Source: Octopus sinensis (lineage: Eukaryota). From it: DNA of 64,000 nt. Below are positions 13,415-25,852 of the stretch, piece by piece. The DNA lies in assembly GCF_006345805.1 (NCBI RefSeq), contig NW_021833263.1:15693-79692 (forward strand), read 5' to 3'. The notes under the pieces were generated by a model. It made no database searches. It was not told where the DNA came from and was given only the letters and a program-made list of their open reading frames with translations. Every line of letters begins with the position of its first letter. Positions within the stretch are counted from its first letter, which is position 1. The position numbers were made by a program, and so were the translations under genes.

Positions 13415-13608
13415 TATATATACATGATATATATGCGAATACCTACATACAAATGGATATATGTATATCCATTATATATATAATGGATATATGAATTTAT
13501 ATATATTCATATATACATATATATATATAGATGATATATATGCACATATATACATGAAAATGTATATATATATATATAATACATGGTATGTACAAATGTA
13601 TATCTATA

Positions 13609-13683
<75 letters not shown>

Positions 13684-13730
13684 ACATGATATATATGCAC
13701 ATATATATACATACAAATGTGTGTATATAT
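12270..13730. repeat. Clustered (TA)n/(CA)n/(GA)n/(TAG)n/(TTA)n microsatellites
   Basis: Direct reading; explains the YI/HT/RE/SL-rich ORFs. Confidence 0.9.
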
Positions 13731-13989
13731 GATTCGATCATGATCACCTGAGAAATATTCAATTAATAGCAAACAAACTCAGACTTGAGTCTATATAGAA
13801 TACATCATGCCAGACACACAGTTGTTATTGTTGCTTTTTAGACTTTCTCTTCGCACACATACACATGTATCTGTGTGTGTGTGCGTGTATGTGTGTGTGT
13901 GACTAATAGGTTTGGTATTACAAACAGGAACATAGAAGTCAAAACATAAGTTTATATATATTTTTGATAAATCTGTAAAAGTCACAAAG

Positions 13990-15190
13990 TAACTCAATCG
14001 CTGATAGTCTGGTGCACTGGCAGTCTTAAAATGGCTTCAGATTTGGCTGGTGTTATTTACAAAGACCAACAGCAATAATAAATATGAATGATAAATTATT
14101 CACGTGACTACAATTTTTTGAATTTTACAAGTTTCCCAATTTAAATGAACTCCAATGCATGAAACTCTTGGCTCTTGCATCACTTTGTAACCTCTGCCAA
14201 TTAAAGAAAAAAATATATGTACAAAATATATCGTTTACTTGTGGATTAACAATGTTTTCTGGTTTCATGCGGGAAATTCCACAATTACTCAAGAGTTCTA
14301 CTTACAAAGGTTAGTGATCAGCCTCCATATTAGATAACGTGAGATTAGACGATTTTTACTAGATTTTAAAACGTTCCTTCGCTTAATATATCTACATGTA
14401 AGGGGAAGAAACACGTGTAGGGACCTCTTTAATTTTTATTTTTCTACCGTTGGCCTTGGTTTTCTGCAAGTATTAGTAAAAAGCTCGCGAATTTCGCGTT
14501 CAATACAGTAATTGTATTTTATGAGAGTATCCACATGCTCCCATACATATAAATGTATACATGTATCATACTTGTCTGGATGTCTGTGAACTTTTCTGGA
14601 TGTATGTGCATACGTTACAATCATTTTACGTAATTTTATATAATATACTCGTATGATGTCTTGTATATGTGTTGCATATATTTTATACGTATGTTATACG
14701 GTTTATAATTCAAGCATGAATTCATGTGGTCGAATACAGAGTGTATGTTTATGATGCATATTATGCAAATATATATCTTAAATTTATATCATATCTTAAA
14801 TTTTTCTTTGCTTGATAGATAGTGAGGTCAATAAGAAGTCATACTTGAAATTTTGCAGCTTAAGCTATCGCTTGCGCATGGAGGAGAAGGTTTCTTAAGT
14901 AATTTTGAAAATGTTTGCTGTTTATTTTTAATTTCTCTGAAGTACAGAAATTGTAGTTGCTGCCTCGACCCTTATATTTGTTAACTGTAGCTATGATGTA
15001 AGGTATTTGGAGATTGTTTACATTCCTATGTTTAAGGTTCCATACCGTATAAGACAAAGATGCCGCATGTCTTTTTGTTTCTTTCTTCTCAACAAAGTCA
15101 GGTGATTTGTGTATCATATCTTGAAGGTCATTGAGAAGTAAGTTATTGTGGCCCCATTCATGCCAGCGATGGCCTTGTAAACCAATTTTT
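13990..15190 (-). mobile_element. Decayed Penelope-like retroelement (RT thumb, linker and GIY-YIG tail) interrupted by an AT-rich stretch
   Basis: Minus-strand frames, in order: LNDLQDMIHKSPDFVEKKETKRHAASLSYTV...NYNFCTSEKLKIN (like PLE FLNHLNSxHxxIKFTxExE...LPFLDV); LIKYNY..IEREIREL...PTVEK and KEVPTRVSSPYM (NGYP and LPY linker); SCIGVHLN (SAIxxH); KSEAIL (xEAILI). Multiple stops and frameshifts. Confidence 0.55.
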
Positions 15191-15209
15191 TTCCAGGCAC
15201 ATATACACA

Positions 15210-15395
15210 TCGTTTTGCCAAGATGCTAAGTGGCATTTTATTTGTCTTCGCGTTTTGAGTTCAAATTCTGCCGAGGTCATCTTTGCTGTCGAACTCTTTC
15301 CGGGTCGATAAAATAAATACCAGTAAAGTACTGGGGTCGATGCAATTGAATTCCCTTCCCCTCAAAACTGCTGGCCCAGTACCAAGATTTAAGAC
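15210..15395 (+). mobile_element. SINE family A (degenerate head)
   Basis: GAGTTCAAATTCTGCCGAGGTC...GTACTGGGGTCGATGCAAT. Confidence 0.8.
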
Positions 15396-15410
15396 TATTA
15401 TTATTATTAA

Positions 15411-15585
15411 GGCGGGAATCTAGCAGAATCGTTAATACGTCGGACAAAATGCTTAGCGTCATTTCTTCCCCCTTTTTACGTTCTGCGTTAAAATTCAGCA
15501 GAGATCAATTTTTGCCTTTTATCGTTTCCTGGTCAATAAAATAAAGTGCCAGTCAAGAATTGGCTCCCCTCAAAATTGCTATTCA
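15411..15585 (+). mobile_element. SINE family A (second, tandem copy)
   Basis: GGCGGGAATCTAGCAGAATCGTT...AAATGCTTAGCG head immediately after the (ATT)n tail of the previous copy. Confidence 0.75.
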
Positions 15586-16206
15586 AAAGGTTACTCAATC
15601 TAATATTTTACATGCTATTATTTATAGCTTTCTGTGCTTCTAAATCCATTTCAAAGTAAGAAAAATTAAATATATATTTATTAAGAGATAGATAGATAGG
15701 GAAAGGGAGAGAGAGAGATCATTGCAGTTTAGTTTTAACACATTAACAGAATGGAGTCATAACTAAAATTGCATTTTTAATACTGATTGTTGTTGATGGT
15801 GGTGTCTTTTCCTGTTTTATTTTATGCTATTCTATTTTGATTTATTCTATTTCTTTTTCTAAGCCAAAGTCAGTCGTAGTCGAAGGTGATCCAGTCTTAA
15901 GCTGTTCTCTGTAGTAAGAGAAGTTGTTGTCTATAAGTGGTTACTGAGCAGATTTAGCTGCTACTTCTTGCAGCCGTAGAGGCTTCACCTTTCAATATAT
16001 TTCGAACTAAAGCCACCCTGTAAGATTACAGTTGTCGAGGTATATCGATTCAAGTGGCCTTTAGATTAATATTAGCACCTGAACTAAGATACTAACGAGT
16101 AAGTGTTCTTTCCTTCTTTCTCTTTCTTCCCCTTTCTTTCTTTATTTCTTTTTTTCTTTCTTGACACGTTTTTGGCCAGTCACAATATGAAACACCCAAT
16201 TCACAG

Positions 16207-16246
<40 letters not shown>

Positions 16247-16261
16247 TAGAAAGTTGGGTGG

Positions 16262-16332
16262 TAGACCCCGAAGAAATTTGACTTCGGCGTGATTTGAACT
16301 CAACACCGACAGCAGGACAAAATACTGTAAGG
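16262..16332 (-). mobile_element. SINE family A fragment
   Basis: GACCCCGAAG...GACTTCGGCGTGATTTGAACTC. Confidence 0.6.
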
Positions 16333-16603
16333 TAATGTTTCTATCAGGTGTATTAAAGTGCCTGTCAGTTTATCACAAGAAAAAACAATATCAACAACAA
16401 CCGCAAGTTCCACAACGACAAGAATAATACCATCATCTACATCAGCATCAGCAACATCAATAACAACATCAATATCAATAACAACAAGATCAACACCGTC
16501 AACATCAACAGCAGCAACCACATCACCAACATCAATATCAACGTCAACAATATCATCAACAAGTACATTGGCAACAACAAAATCAACATTAGACATTACA
16601 TTA

Positions 16604-16988
16604 GTTCGTCCGTCGTTATCGACGATGACCAAGGATATCATGTGGAAGAAGGCGGGTCACGGTGTACTCGGCTGTGGCCGATCAGTACGATGCGTGCTCA
16701 GAGGGCTTTGCTACAGATTGGGCACTGATGGTCTGCTCGGACTGAAAGCAAGGAACTGGATCTGGTCTTGCGAAGTTCGCGTTTTTTTTTGTGCCTCTGC
16801 AATCATGTTCTGTTCGTAGGAGGTGGCACTTCTGTTGGTGCAGCTCCACCAGACAATGCTTTCATTTCTCGGTGACGGAATTTACCTCAAAGCTCTTCAG
16901 TGAGGTTGTGAGTGTATCCATCAAGCGCTTTCCTGCCCACTGTGCATCCGTTTGCCTTTTGCCAGTTATTAGTTCTGACATACGGTCT
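16604..16988 (-). mobile_element. RTE-clade (BovB-like) LINE 3' fragment; degenerate (GTT/GAT)n tail at 16390-16603
   Basis: Minus strand: ELITGKR...KRLMDTLTTSLKSFEVNS, then C2H2-like HQCPICSKAL*ARIVLIGHSRVH, then the RTE-type terminus GGTCATCGTCGATAACGACGGACGAAC. Confidence 0.85.
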
Positions 16989-17125
16989 CTCTCTCTCTTG
17001 CTCTCTCTCTCTCTCTCTTGCTCTCTCTCTCTCTTGCTCTCTCTCTTGCTCTCTCTCTTGCTCTCTCTCTTGCTCTCTCTCTTGCTCCATCTCTTTCTTG
17101 CTCTCTCTCTCTCACACACACTCAC
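16988..17125. repeat. (CTCTCTCTCTTG)n 12-bp satellite grading into (CT)n/(CA)n
   Basis: Direct reading. Confidence 0.85.
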
Positions 17126-17749
17126 ACAATAATAGAATGAGTTATATCAACTGCAATTCTCGAAATGGTGAAGACAAAATTTGACTGCTACGCGATTCGA
17201 AAACACAACCTGACGGGGGCCAGCTAAATATATTTTGTCTGTCCATTTACCGAATCTACCACCAAATGCCGAACATTTTGAATGAAACGATATTAATGGG
17301 AGCTTTTCATTATTTTACACTTATATCAATTATGCACATATTTTATTTTAATTTTTATTACATTTTCTGTTTCTTTTTAGCTTGTTTATCAGTCCAGGCT
17401 GGTATACCAGCTTCAAGGTATTTTGTCGAACAAATTGACTTCTATGAAAATGATGAACTGGATGATGATGATGACCACGATAATGAGAGTGACTACGACG
17501 ACAACGACGACGAAGATGATGATGATTAAGATGGTGACGACGACGACAATGCAAATGACAAAGACGACAACGATAAGTGGTGATAATAATATACTAACCA
17601 TTGACTTCATAAATGTTATTGCTTGTCAATGGTAGATCAATGGTAGACCTATGATCAAAGACTTTCTAATCGTGACCATCCTGTCTGTTTAGATTGGAGG
17701 TCATGAAGAACAGAATACACTATCTAGTAAGTTTTCCGTTTTTATAGAG

Positions 17750-17997
17750 AAGACAGATAGAGAAAGAAAGAGGGGGGAAAGAAGAGAGAGAAGAGAGGGA
17801 GAAAGAGAGAGTGATAAAGCGAGGGAGAGAGAGAGAGAGAAAGTTAGAACGAGAGAGAGAGTTAGAGAGAGAATGAGTTAGAGAGAGAGAAAGAAAGCGA
17901 GAGAGAGATAAAGTGAGAGAGAGGGTGAGAGTTAGAGAGAGAGAAATCTAGAAGGAGAGAGAAAGCGAGAGAGAAAGAGAGAGAGAGAGAAAGCGAG

Positions 17998-18030
<33 letters not shown>

Positions 18031-18900
18031 TTTGACTGCTATTTGTAAGAAATTCAATGATCACAGAGAGATTGTTTTTTCATTGGTCCGAAGTACTAAT
18101 GGTGGCCGGTCTGGTATTGATGGTTTGGCACAGGTCGTAGTGGTGGTACTTGTATTGATGGTTGTTCATGTGATGATGGTAAAACTAGTATCGATGGGTT
18201 AGTGAAGAGGGAAGTGTTGGTGCACTACTAGTAGCGATAATGGCCGTGGTGCTGGTATGGGAGATGGTGGTGATGGTATTGATGGCTAAACGTGGTGTTG
18301 GTGGTGGTGGTGGTAAGGATGGTGTCCTGTTACTGAAAGCAGTTGCGATAGTAGTTGAGGTGAAAAGTGTAGGGATGATTGTGGTGGAGTGAGGGACGTA
18401 GTAGCAGCGATGGAGGAGGCATTAACCATGATGGAAATACGATGATGAAAAGGATGATAATGATGATGATGGTGGTGGTGGTGGTGGTGGTGGTGGTGCT
18501 GATATTGGTGCTGGTGCTGGTGAGGATGATGATGATGATGATGGTGGTGATAGCGTGATGTTGATCGTAATGGTTGTGGTGGTGATGGTTGTTGCGGTTG
18601 TGGTGGTTCGGTAGTAGCGGTGGTGGTCGGAGTAGTGGTGGTAGTGGTGGTGGTGGTGGTGGTAGTGGTGGTGGGGCGGCGGCGGCGGCGGCGGCAGCGG
18701 CGGTGGCGGTGGTGGTGGTGGTGGTGGTGGTGGTGACGGCGGCGGCGGTGGCGGTGGTGGTGGTGGTGGTGAATAGTTACATTAAGTGGTAGGGTGAGTT
18801 GAAGGAGTGACGATTGCTCGAAATATTTGCACCGTAACGATGATGATGACGAAAGTGACGACGACTAGAAACCATAGTGCGAATTATGAATTACGTACAA
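17750..18900. repeat. (GA)n tract followed by degenerate (GGT/GAT/GGC)n low-complexity DNA
   Basis: Direct reading. Confidence 0.85.
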
Positions 18901-19189
18901 TGGCTAGTGATGGTTAATGATGGTTAATGATTGTAGTGATTGTGACGACGATGATGACAAAGACACAATTTCCTCACCTCCGAACCTTCTTCTTCTCCCA
19001 CCCACCACCTCCATCTACCATTCCACCAAAAGTTCCATTCAATAGACATTCCAAATTTTCTCAAAATCCTATTTTGAGACACTCTTTCATCATTTCATTA
19101 ACAATTTCAAAACTTTGCTTTTATCGTTTAGATTTTTTTATTATTCTTTACTGTCTCTGGTTTTCACAATTTCATTTTATACTACACTT

Positions 19190-19743
19190 ACGGATATATA
19201 TATATATATATATGCATATATATGTGTGTATATATATATGAATATGCATATATATGTGTGTATATATATATGAATATGCATATATATACGTACATACATA
19301 CATACACGCACAAAAAGACATACATGCACAAAAAGACGTATATATTTATATATATATAAATACACATATATTTACAAGCATTTATACATTCCTATATATA
19401 TATATATGTAATGCATGTATATGTATGCATATGTATATGTGTATATGTTTATGTATATATATATGTGTGTATATATATATATATGTGTGTGTCAGTGCAT
19501 GTATTATGTAGGTATGTTTGTGTGTCTGTGTTTGTATTCGTAGGTGTGTGTGTATGTGCGTGTATGGCCGATTCTTTTAATAAAAGACCTTTGCACATAT
19601 CTGTACACACGCATACACACCATCATTTGAGAGTGAATATAATTGCACACAGCTCCACACTTGTCACGCACTATATACGTATGGTATATAAACACATATT
19701 TGCGCATATAATAGAAACATAAGAACACATACACACGCGCACG

Positions 19744-19783
<40 letters not shown>

Positions 19784-19900
19784 ATAGATACGCGCACACA
19801 CAAATATTAAAATACATATACATACACACATATATACAGAAACATACGTACAAAATAATTTTCTCACCAGTTCCGCTCATGCAAAAGAATATGATATACC

Positions 19901-19962
<62 letters not shown>

Positions 19963-20663
19963 TAATAATATAATGAATAAAAAATAAAAACAAGACAGCA
20001 AGGTAAACATTAAAAAAGAAAGGCAGCAACAAAATAATATAAAAGAGCAGTACAACAACAACAACTATGAGAACAACGTAACAAAAAAAAAAATGAAGAT
20101 ATACCGCTCAGAAAACTAAAAAAAAAACGAACAAGCGAAAAGAAAATAAAGTAAAAATCTTCCGTCAATTATGACTAATTGAAATAACCTTTCAAGGTAT
20201 TGCAGCTAACGCCTGTGAAGTAAAGGGAAAGGAAATTGTCCAGTCACCTCCATTCCACCATATTGGAATATAGCGTCTGTTTGGTTGCTTCTCTGCGTTT
20301 GCTTCCTTCCATTCTTCATTTCGTTGCATTCGATGAACTCTTTTACTTTTCCCTTCCAAATATATATACATATATCTTATATGCATACAAACGTACATAC
20401 ATACATACATACATACATACATACATACTACATGCATACAATCATATATACATATGTGTGTGTGTGCACGTATGCGCCTATATGTGTGTATATGTATACA
20501 TGTATGTATATGTTTATATATGTGTATATATATGTATATATATATACATATATATGTATATATTTGTGTGTATATATATATATATATAATATAAATAATA
20601 TATATATGCATATATACATACGTATATGTATATATGTACATAGATCTATATGTGTATATATAT

Positions 20664-20709
<46 letters not shown>

Positions 20710-21061
20710 TTATTTATAAATATATATGTATGTTGTGCGTACACATACACACACATACACACATGCTTTACTTTCGTCTGCCTCGCCATTATCGATTGTC
20801 TGTTGCATCTCTCTCTGTCTCCCTGTCTCTCCTTCTCCACCCCCACATATACATACATATATAATAATATATATATATAATACATATACATATATAATTA
20901 TATATATATACATATATATGTAAGTCGGTATGTATGTGTGTATATATTTACATATACATATATTTATGTATGTCTGTATGTATATATGTGTATGTATGTA
21001 TGCGTGTATATATGTATATATATATATGTATATATGTATATGTATATATATATATATGTAT

Positions 21062-21093
<32 letters not shown>

Positions 21094-21231
21094 GTCTTCT
21101 TTTCTGTATTCCTCTTCCGTGCATCCTTTCTCTAGTATTCTACCTCACTTTATCTTAATTTCCGTACAATTTCATCAATAATTCTTTCTGTTTCTCACTC
21201 TAACTTCCATATTAAATATATCTCCCATCCA

Positions 21232-21294
<63 letters not shown>

Positions 21295-22302
21295 ACTCTC
21301 TTTTTTCTCTCTTTGTCTCTCTACCTTTCTCCCTCTCTCTTTTTCTGTCTTTCTCTCTGAACATAAATGCTCCCCTCTCATTCTCTCTCTCTTTCTCGAT
21401 TCTTTTGTCTTCCATACTAAACCTTTGTATCATTCATTTTCATTCTCTCAATCTCCGCCATTTTTGATCGTCTGCTATTTCTACAATTCTCCCACTCCCT
21501 TTCTTTCACAGTACATTTTATTATTTCGTCGTTTCTTTTTCCCTTTCTCTCGCCTTTTCGATCATTAGTATCTCTCACATCCTTTCCGTCCCTATCTATT
21601 GATCATATTTTACCTTTTTTCTTTTTTTTTTATCCAACCTCTTTCTCTCTGTTCCATTTTCTCTCCGTATCTGGTGTTTAATCAAACACATTCGTTTTCA
21701 CCCCTCGTTTCCTTTCCCTCTCTATTTTCCCTTTTCCCTCATTCACTTTTTCTTTACTTCTTTTTCATCAACTTCTCTTTGTACTTCCGTCTCTTTCACT
21801 AGCTTCTCTTTCTTACACCTTTTCACGTCCTTGCCGATCTCTATATTTCTCTGTATTTCCATCTATTAATCTCTTCCATGATACGTCATTACATTTTCAC
21901 CGATCCCTTTCTTTTATTCTGTCTTTCTTTCCTTTCTTATTTATTTATTTACTTATTCATTCATTCGTTCATTTATTCATTCATTCATTCATTCATTCAT
22001 TCAGTCATTTGTTTATTCTCTTTTCTTTCGCCATTCTTGCATCATCTCTTTCATCATTTTCATCTTATTTTTCCGTTTTCCTTCGCTAACTTACCGTTCT
22101 TACTTTCTTCCTCTCTCTCTTTCTAAACTCTTCCACCCCTCTTTCTTCCGCTAGATCTTACTTTTATTCACCATCCCGTTATTTTGTTCCCCGCCCCTTA
22201 CACCAACCTTTTCCCAATTTCTATCATTTTAGCCCTTCCTCTTTATCTTTCTTATCTCCCGATACAGTCTCCCTTCACAACCCTATCTCTGTGCCCCCTC
22301 TC

Positions 22303-22350
<48 letters not shown>
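19190..22350. repeat. (TA)/(CA)/(TATG)/(AAT) microsatellites and a long pyrimidine-rich tract, with a short unique island at 20160-20360
   Basis: Direct reading. Confidence 0.8.
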
Positions 22351-22351
<1 letters not shown>

Positions 22352-22547
22352 TCATCACAATAGTTTCACTCTTTCCTCAACTATTCTCTCTCTACTTTCT
22401 CTCTATTTTCTTTTTCCCACTCCATTTGTCTGCAAGATTTTCTCTATTACTTTTCCCCTTTCACAAATACATAAACAGAAATGCATATACATGCATACAT
22501 GCATAGATATTTATTTTTATATATATAGAATATATATATATATATAT

Positions 22548-22856
22548 AATTCTCTCGCAGGAAGGCCTATTGGATTAGTGTTCTGTTATGCCTTCGAAAC
22601 ATGCCTGACTCCTCTAGCGACAGCTGATGACGGGGGTTTTTGTCCTTGTGTAGCTCGTCCTGTATTTGTTTTTTCGTTTTCTTGTTTTTCGTTTTCCGTT
22701 TTCTTGTTTTTTGTTTTTTTGGGCTTTTTTCCGTTTCTAACTCTTATTGTGATGTCCTGTACTCCCGTATAATTATTTATATATGCATGTATATATACAT
22801 GTAGATGTAGGTACGTACATATATGTTTGTATGTATGCATATATTTTTATTTATCT

Positions 22857-22858
<2 letters not shown>
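22548..22858 (+). mobile_element. Non-autonomous dispersed repeat family D (putative PLE-derived; split hammerhead-like cores)
   Basis: Near-identical inverted copy at 43246-43536 and related copies at 46043-46268 and 50951-51215. Flanked by (TA)n. Carries CCTTCGAAAC (GAAAC 22596-22600) and CTGATGA (22624-22630). Confidence 0.75.
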
Positions 22859-22904
<46 letters not shown>

Positions 22905-22914
22905 ATATATAAAA

Positions 22915-23082
22915 CATTATTGGTGAATTGAAGAAATGGAGCTGAACGCAGATTGAACAGAAATCGTTTTATTTCATTCTACACGTGTTTCGAAAGGCAC
23001 GTGTAGAACACGTGTAAGAATGAAATAAAACGATTTCTGTTCAATCTGCGTTCAGCTCCATTTCTTCAATTCACCAATAATG
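22915..23082. repeat. Perfect 66-bp inverted repeat with 36-nt spacer
   Basis: 22915-22980 is the exact reverse complement of 23017-23082. Confidence 0.97.
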
Positions 23083-23230
23083 CTTTAATTTCAAATATCC
23101 GCACCAACGCACGGTTGCAACGCCAGATGGTTGTACCTCCAACCGTGCTGTTCACTGCTGTGATTTTTGCTACTAAGGTATCGGTTAAACTTTTGATTAA
23201 TCTACTACAAGATTATTCATCTTTCTATTT

Positions 23231-23272
<42 letters not shown>

Positions 23273-23279
23273 ATATATA

Positions 23280-23312
<33 letters not shown>

Positions 23313-23638
23313 ATATATAGAGAGAGATATGTATTTATATATATATCAATTTTTGTTGCATGATTCCTGATATGTGTGTATGTATGTGTGTGTGTGGGGG
23401 GGGGGGGGGTAGACATGCTATATATATATACATATAGGCATATCTTTCAGCATATTTCCTCACCATTTTATTTTTGTTGCTTGACTCTACATCAGCACTA
23501 AGCACACTAGGTATTTCTAGCACACATCCCTCAAATTGCTATAGCTTCTCCTTGTCATGTTTGTTATTATCTCGACCAACACTACCACCAACATCACTAA
23601 CACCATCACCATCATCACAACGACGACCACCATCAACA

Positions 23639-23675
<37 letters not shown>

Positions 23676-23935
23676 TTACTACTACTACTACTACTACTAC
23701 TACTACACTACTTCAACTACTACTACAGGTATCACATAATTCCTGAAAGTAGCACTACTAGCTACTACCAGCAGGAATTCCACAAATACCAGACATGGGT
23801 CTAAGGTTCAGAAATTGCTTACGGATCCAGATTATATATTGTTACATGGACATGTGTCATGTATCATAACCTCGGGTCGTGAGTTTGAAAGACGAAAACT
23901 ATAGAGAAGCCTGTTATATATATACATATACATAC

Positions 23936-23975
<40 letters not shown>

Positions 23976-24521
23976 CATACATTGTGTGTATATATATATA
24001 TCTATATCCAAGTATGTAAGGAATGGAAAAGGTACAATAAAACTAGATAGGTTTCGTACATTACTTGCGACATACAAATCCTGTTTAGCTAATTCTTAGG
24101 TGGAAGGTAATCGGACTTGGATATTAACCAAACAGGTTTTGTGCTACAAGTTACGCAACAAACGATGATTATCTTGAAACATATGTAGTCTTTAATACCT
24201 TTTCTATTCGTTCTAGTCTTGGATCCTTATTCACATATCTAGCAGTTTTAGTTGCTTAACTGTGAGTTGTATTGTGACTGACAGCTTATCGAAATTTCCA
24301 TTGATTTCAATATAGGACGAACTGAATAACAGACGAAGGTTATTAAAGGTGGATCGTATACTGTCCACCTTTTGTCATCTATATTAGCTGTGTACATACG
24401 CTTGAACCTTACTAACTTCCTATAACAGGATCCTTCAGATCGTGCAACCTTATGACACTGTATGTAATGTATGCAATGTATGTATGCATGTATGTACGTA
24501 TGCATGTATGCATGCATACCC

Positions 24522-24555
<34 letters not shown>

Positions 24556-24725
24556 ATGCGTATATAACTTCCTCTCTACACATCATACATATATATATTC
24601 CCATAGAACCACTTTGCTTCCTGGGTCTCGACCCTCTCACTTTTAATTCATTGTCTTCCCTGCCGCAACGTTCCCGGTTTTTCCTCTTTACTTTTAAGTG
24701 TTAAATTATTATACTTGTGAAAGCT

Positions 24726-24819
24726 TGTAGCTTGTTCAAAGACAACACTCCACCTGGTTCAAGAATCGAACCCGTGATCTTATGATCGTGAACCCAACAC
24801 TCTTACTGCTATGTCACGC
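24726..24819 (-). mobile_element. tRNA-derived SINE head, family C
   Basis: Minus strand GCGTGACATAGCAGTAAGAGTGTTGGG...CACGGGTTCGATTC: A-box-like start, B-box GGTTCGATTC at 24763-24772, then TGTTGTCTTTGAACAAG. Confidence 0.65.
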
Positions 24820-24993
24820 TTCTCCCTACACTCACACGCACACATGCACACATACACACACACATACACACACTCTTATATAATCTCCTACACGCACACA
24901 CATACACACACACACACATATATATATATATACATCGCACTCACTCACACACATATATATGTATGCATACGTATATGTATATATATATATATA

Positions 24994-25203
24994 GTTAATC
25001 CAAACATGAAAACGCAAAAAGAAAACACAAAAACGCGAGGACGTGGAACAAGTATAGTGTTATTGGACGCGCAGGAAAGGAAGGGAAGAAGGAGGATTTA
25101 ACGCTTCGAGCGGAGCTCTTCGTCAGAAACATAGGAAAAGGAAAGATCCAAGGACGGGAAGACGGAGGAAAAAAATCGCCAACGGCACACACGCGGTCAC
25201 ATA
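24994..25203 (-). mobile_element. Repeat family P1 copy 1, hammerhead-bearing (PLE pLTR-like)
   Basis: Homologous to 28411-28618; (TA)n on both sides. Confidence 0.8.
25096..25130 (-). ncRNA. Minimal type I hammerhead ribozyme motif (GAAA mutated to GAAG)
   Basis: GTTT CTGACGA A GAGC TCC GCTC GAAGC GTT AAAT. Confidence 0.6.
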
Positions 25204-25779
25204 TATATATACACGCATATATACCCGAAAGGCTAGTTATGCACGGCAAGCGAGTTTGAATTAAAGACCTCAATACTGGGTTAGATGTCATGAATAACAC
25301 TATATATAGGATTAAATTAAAATAATTCTTGACAAGTTGCCATATGTTTCGCTTAGTACGAGCGTAAAAGACTACTCGTTCGGAATGCAACATTTGGCCA
25401 TCTGTAATGAATCATTTTAATTTAATGTAGTCATGTGTGTGTGTGTGTGTGTGTGTGTGTTAGTATTTACATATTTACAAAAAACCGGCGCTGTGTCAAA
25501 ATGGTAACTAAGGTAATCGATAAAATATAGATCGATAAACCAAGTGTCAGACCTAAATAAGTAAATATATAAGCGAATATACAAAAGAATTTACATTTAC
25601 ATCTATGACCAGACGAACTACGTGATCACGATCTCAGCACCGCTGCACATTGTTATGGCTGTCATTATACCACTAACATTACTATCACATAAACCACAGC
25701 TACCGCCACCATGTTCACCACTATAACCGCCACCACCGGTAGCAGCACCCCCATCATCCCAATCATAATTACTACCGTC

Positions 25780-25806
25780 ATTAATATCACCACCACCACA
25801 TCATCG

Positions 25807-25852
<46 letters not shown>

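Noticed and set aside
14306-14391. Minus-strand 86-nt exon (YIKRRNVLKSSKNRLISRYLIWRLITNL) with good splice signals and faint M13-peptidase resemblance
   Set aside because: Better explained as part of the Penelope-like remnant. Splicing to the next acceptor creates a TAG.
20197-20276. Plus-strand terminal exon [25 protein letters not shown]
   Set aside because: The upstream sequence is A-rich with no pyrimidine tract, and no homology was recognised.
24726-24819. Genuine tRNA gene
   Set aside because: It has A/B boxes but no acceptor stem or cloverleaf, and continues into a SINE-like body.
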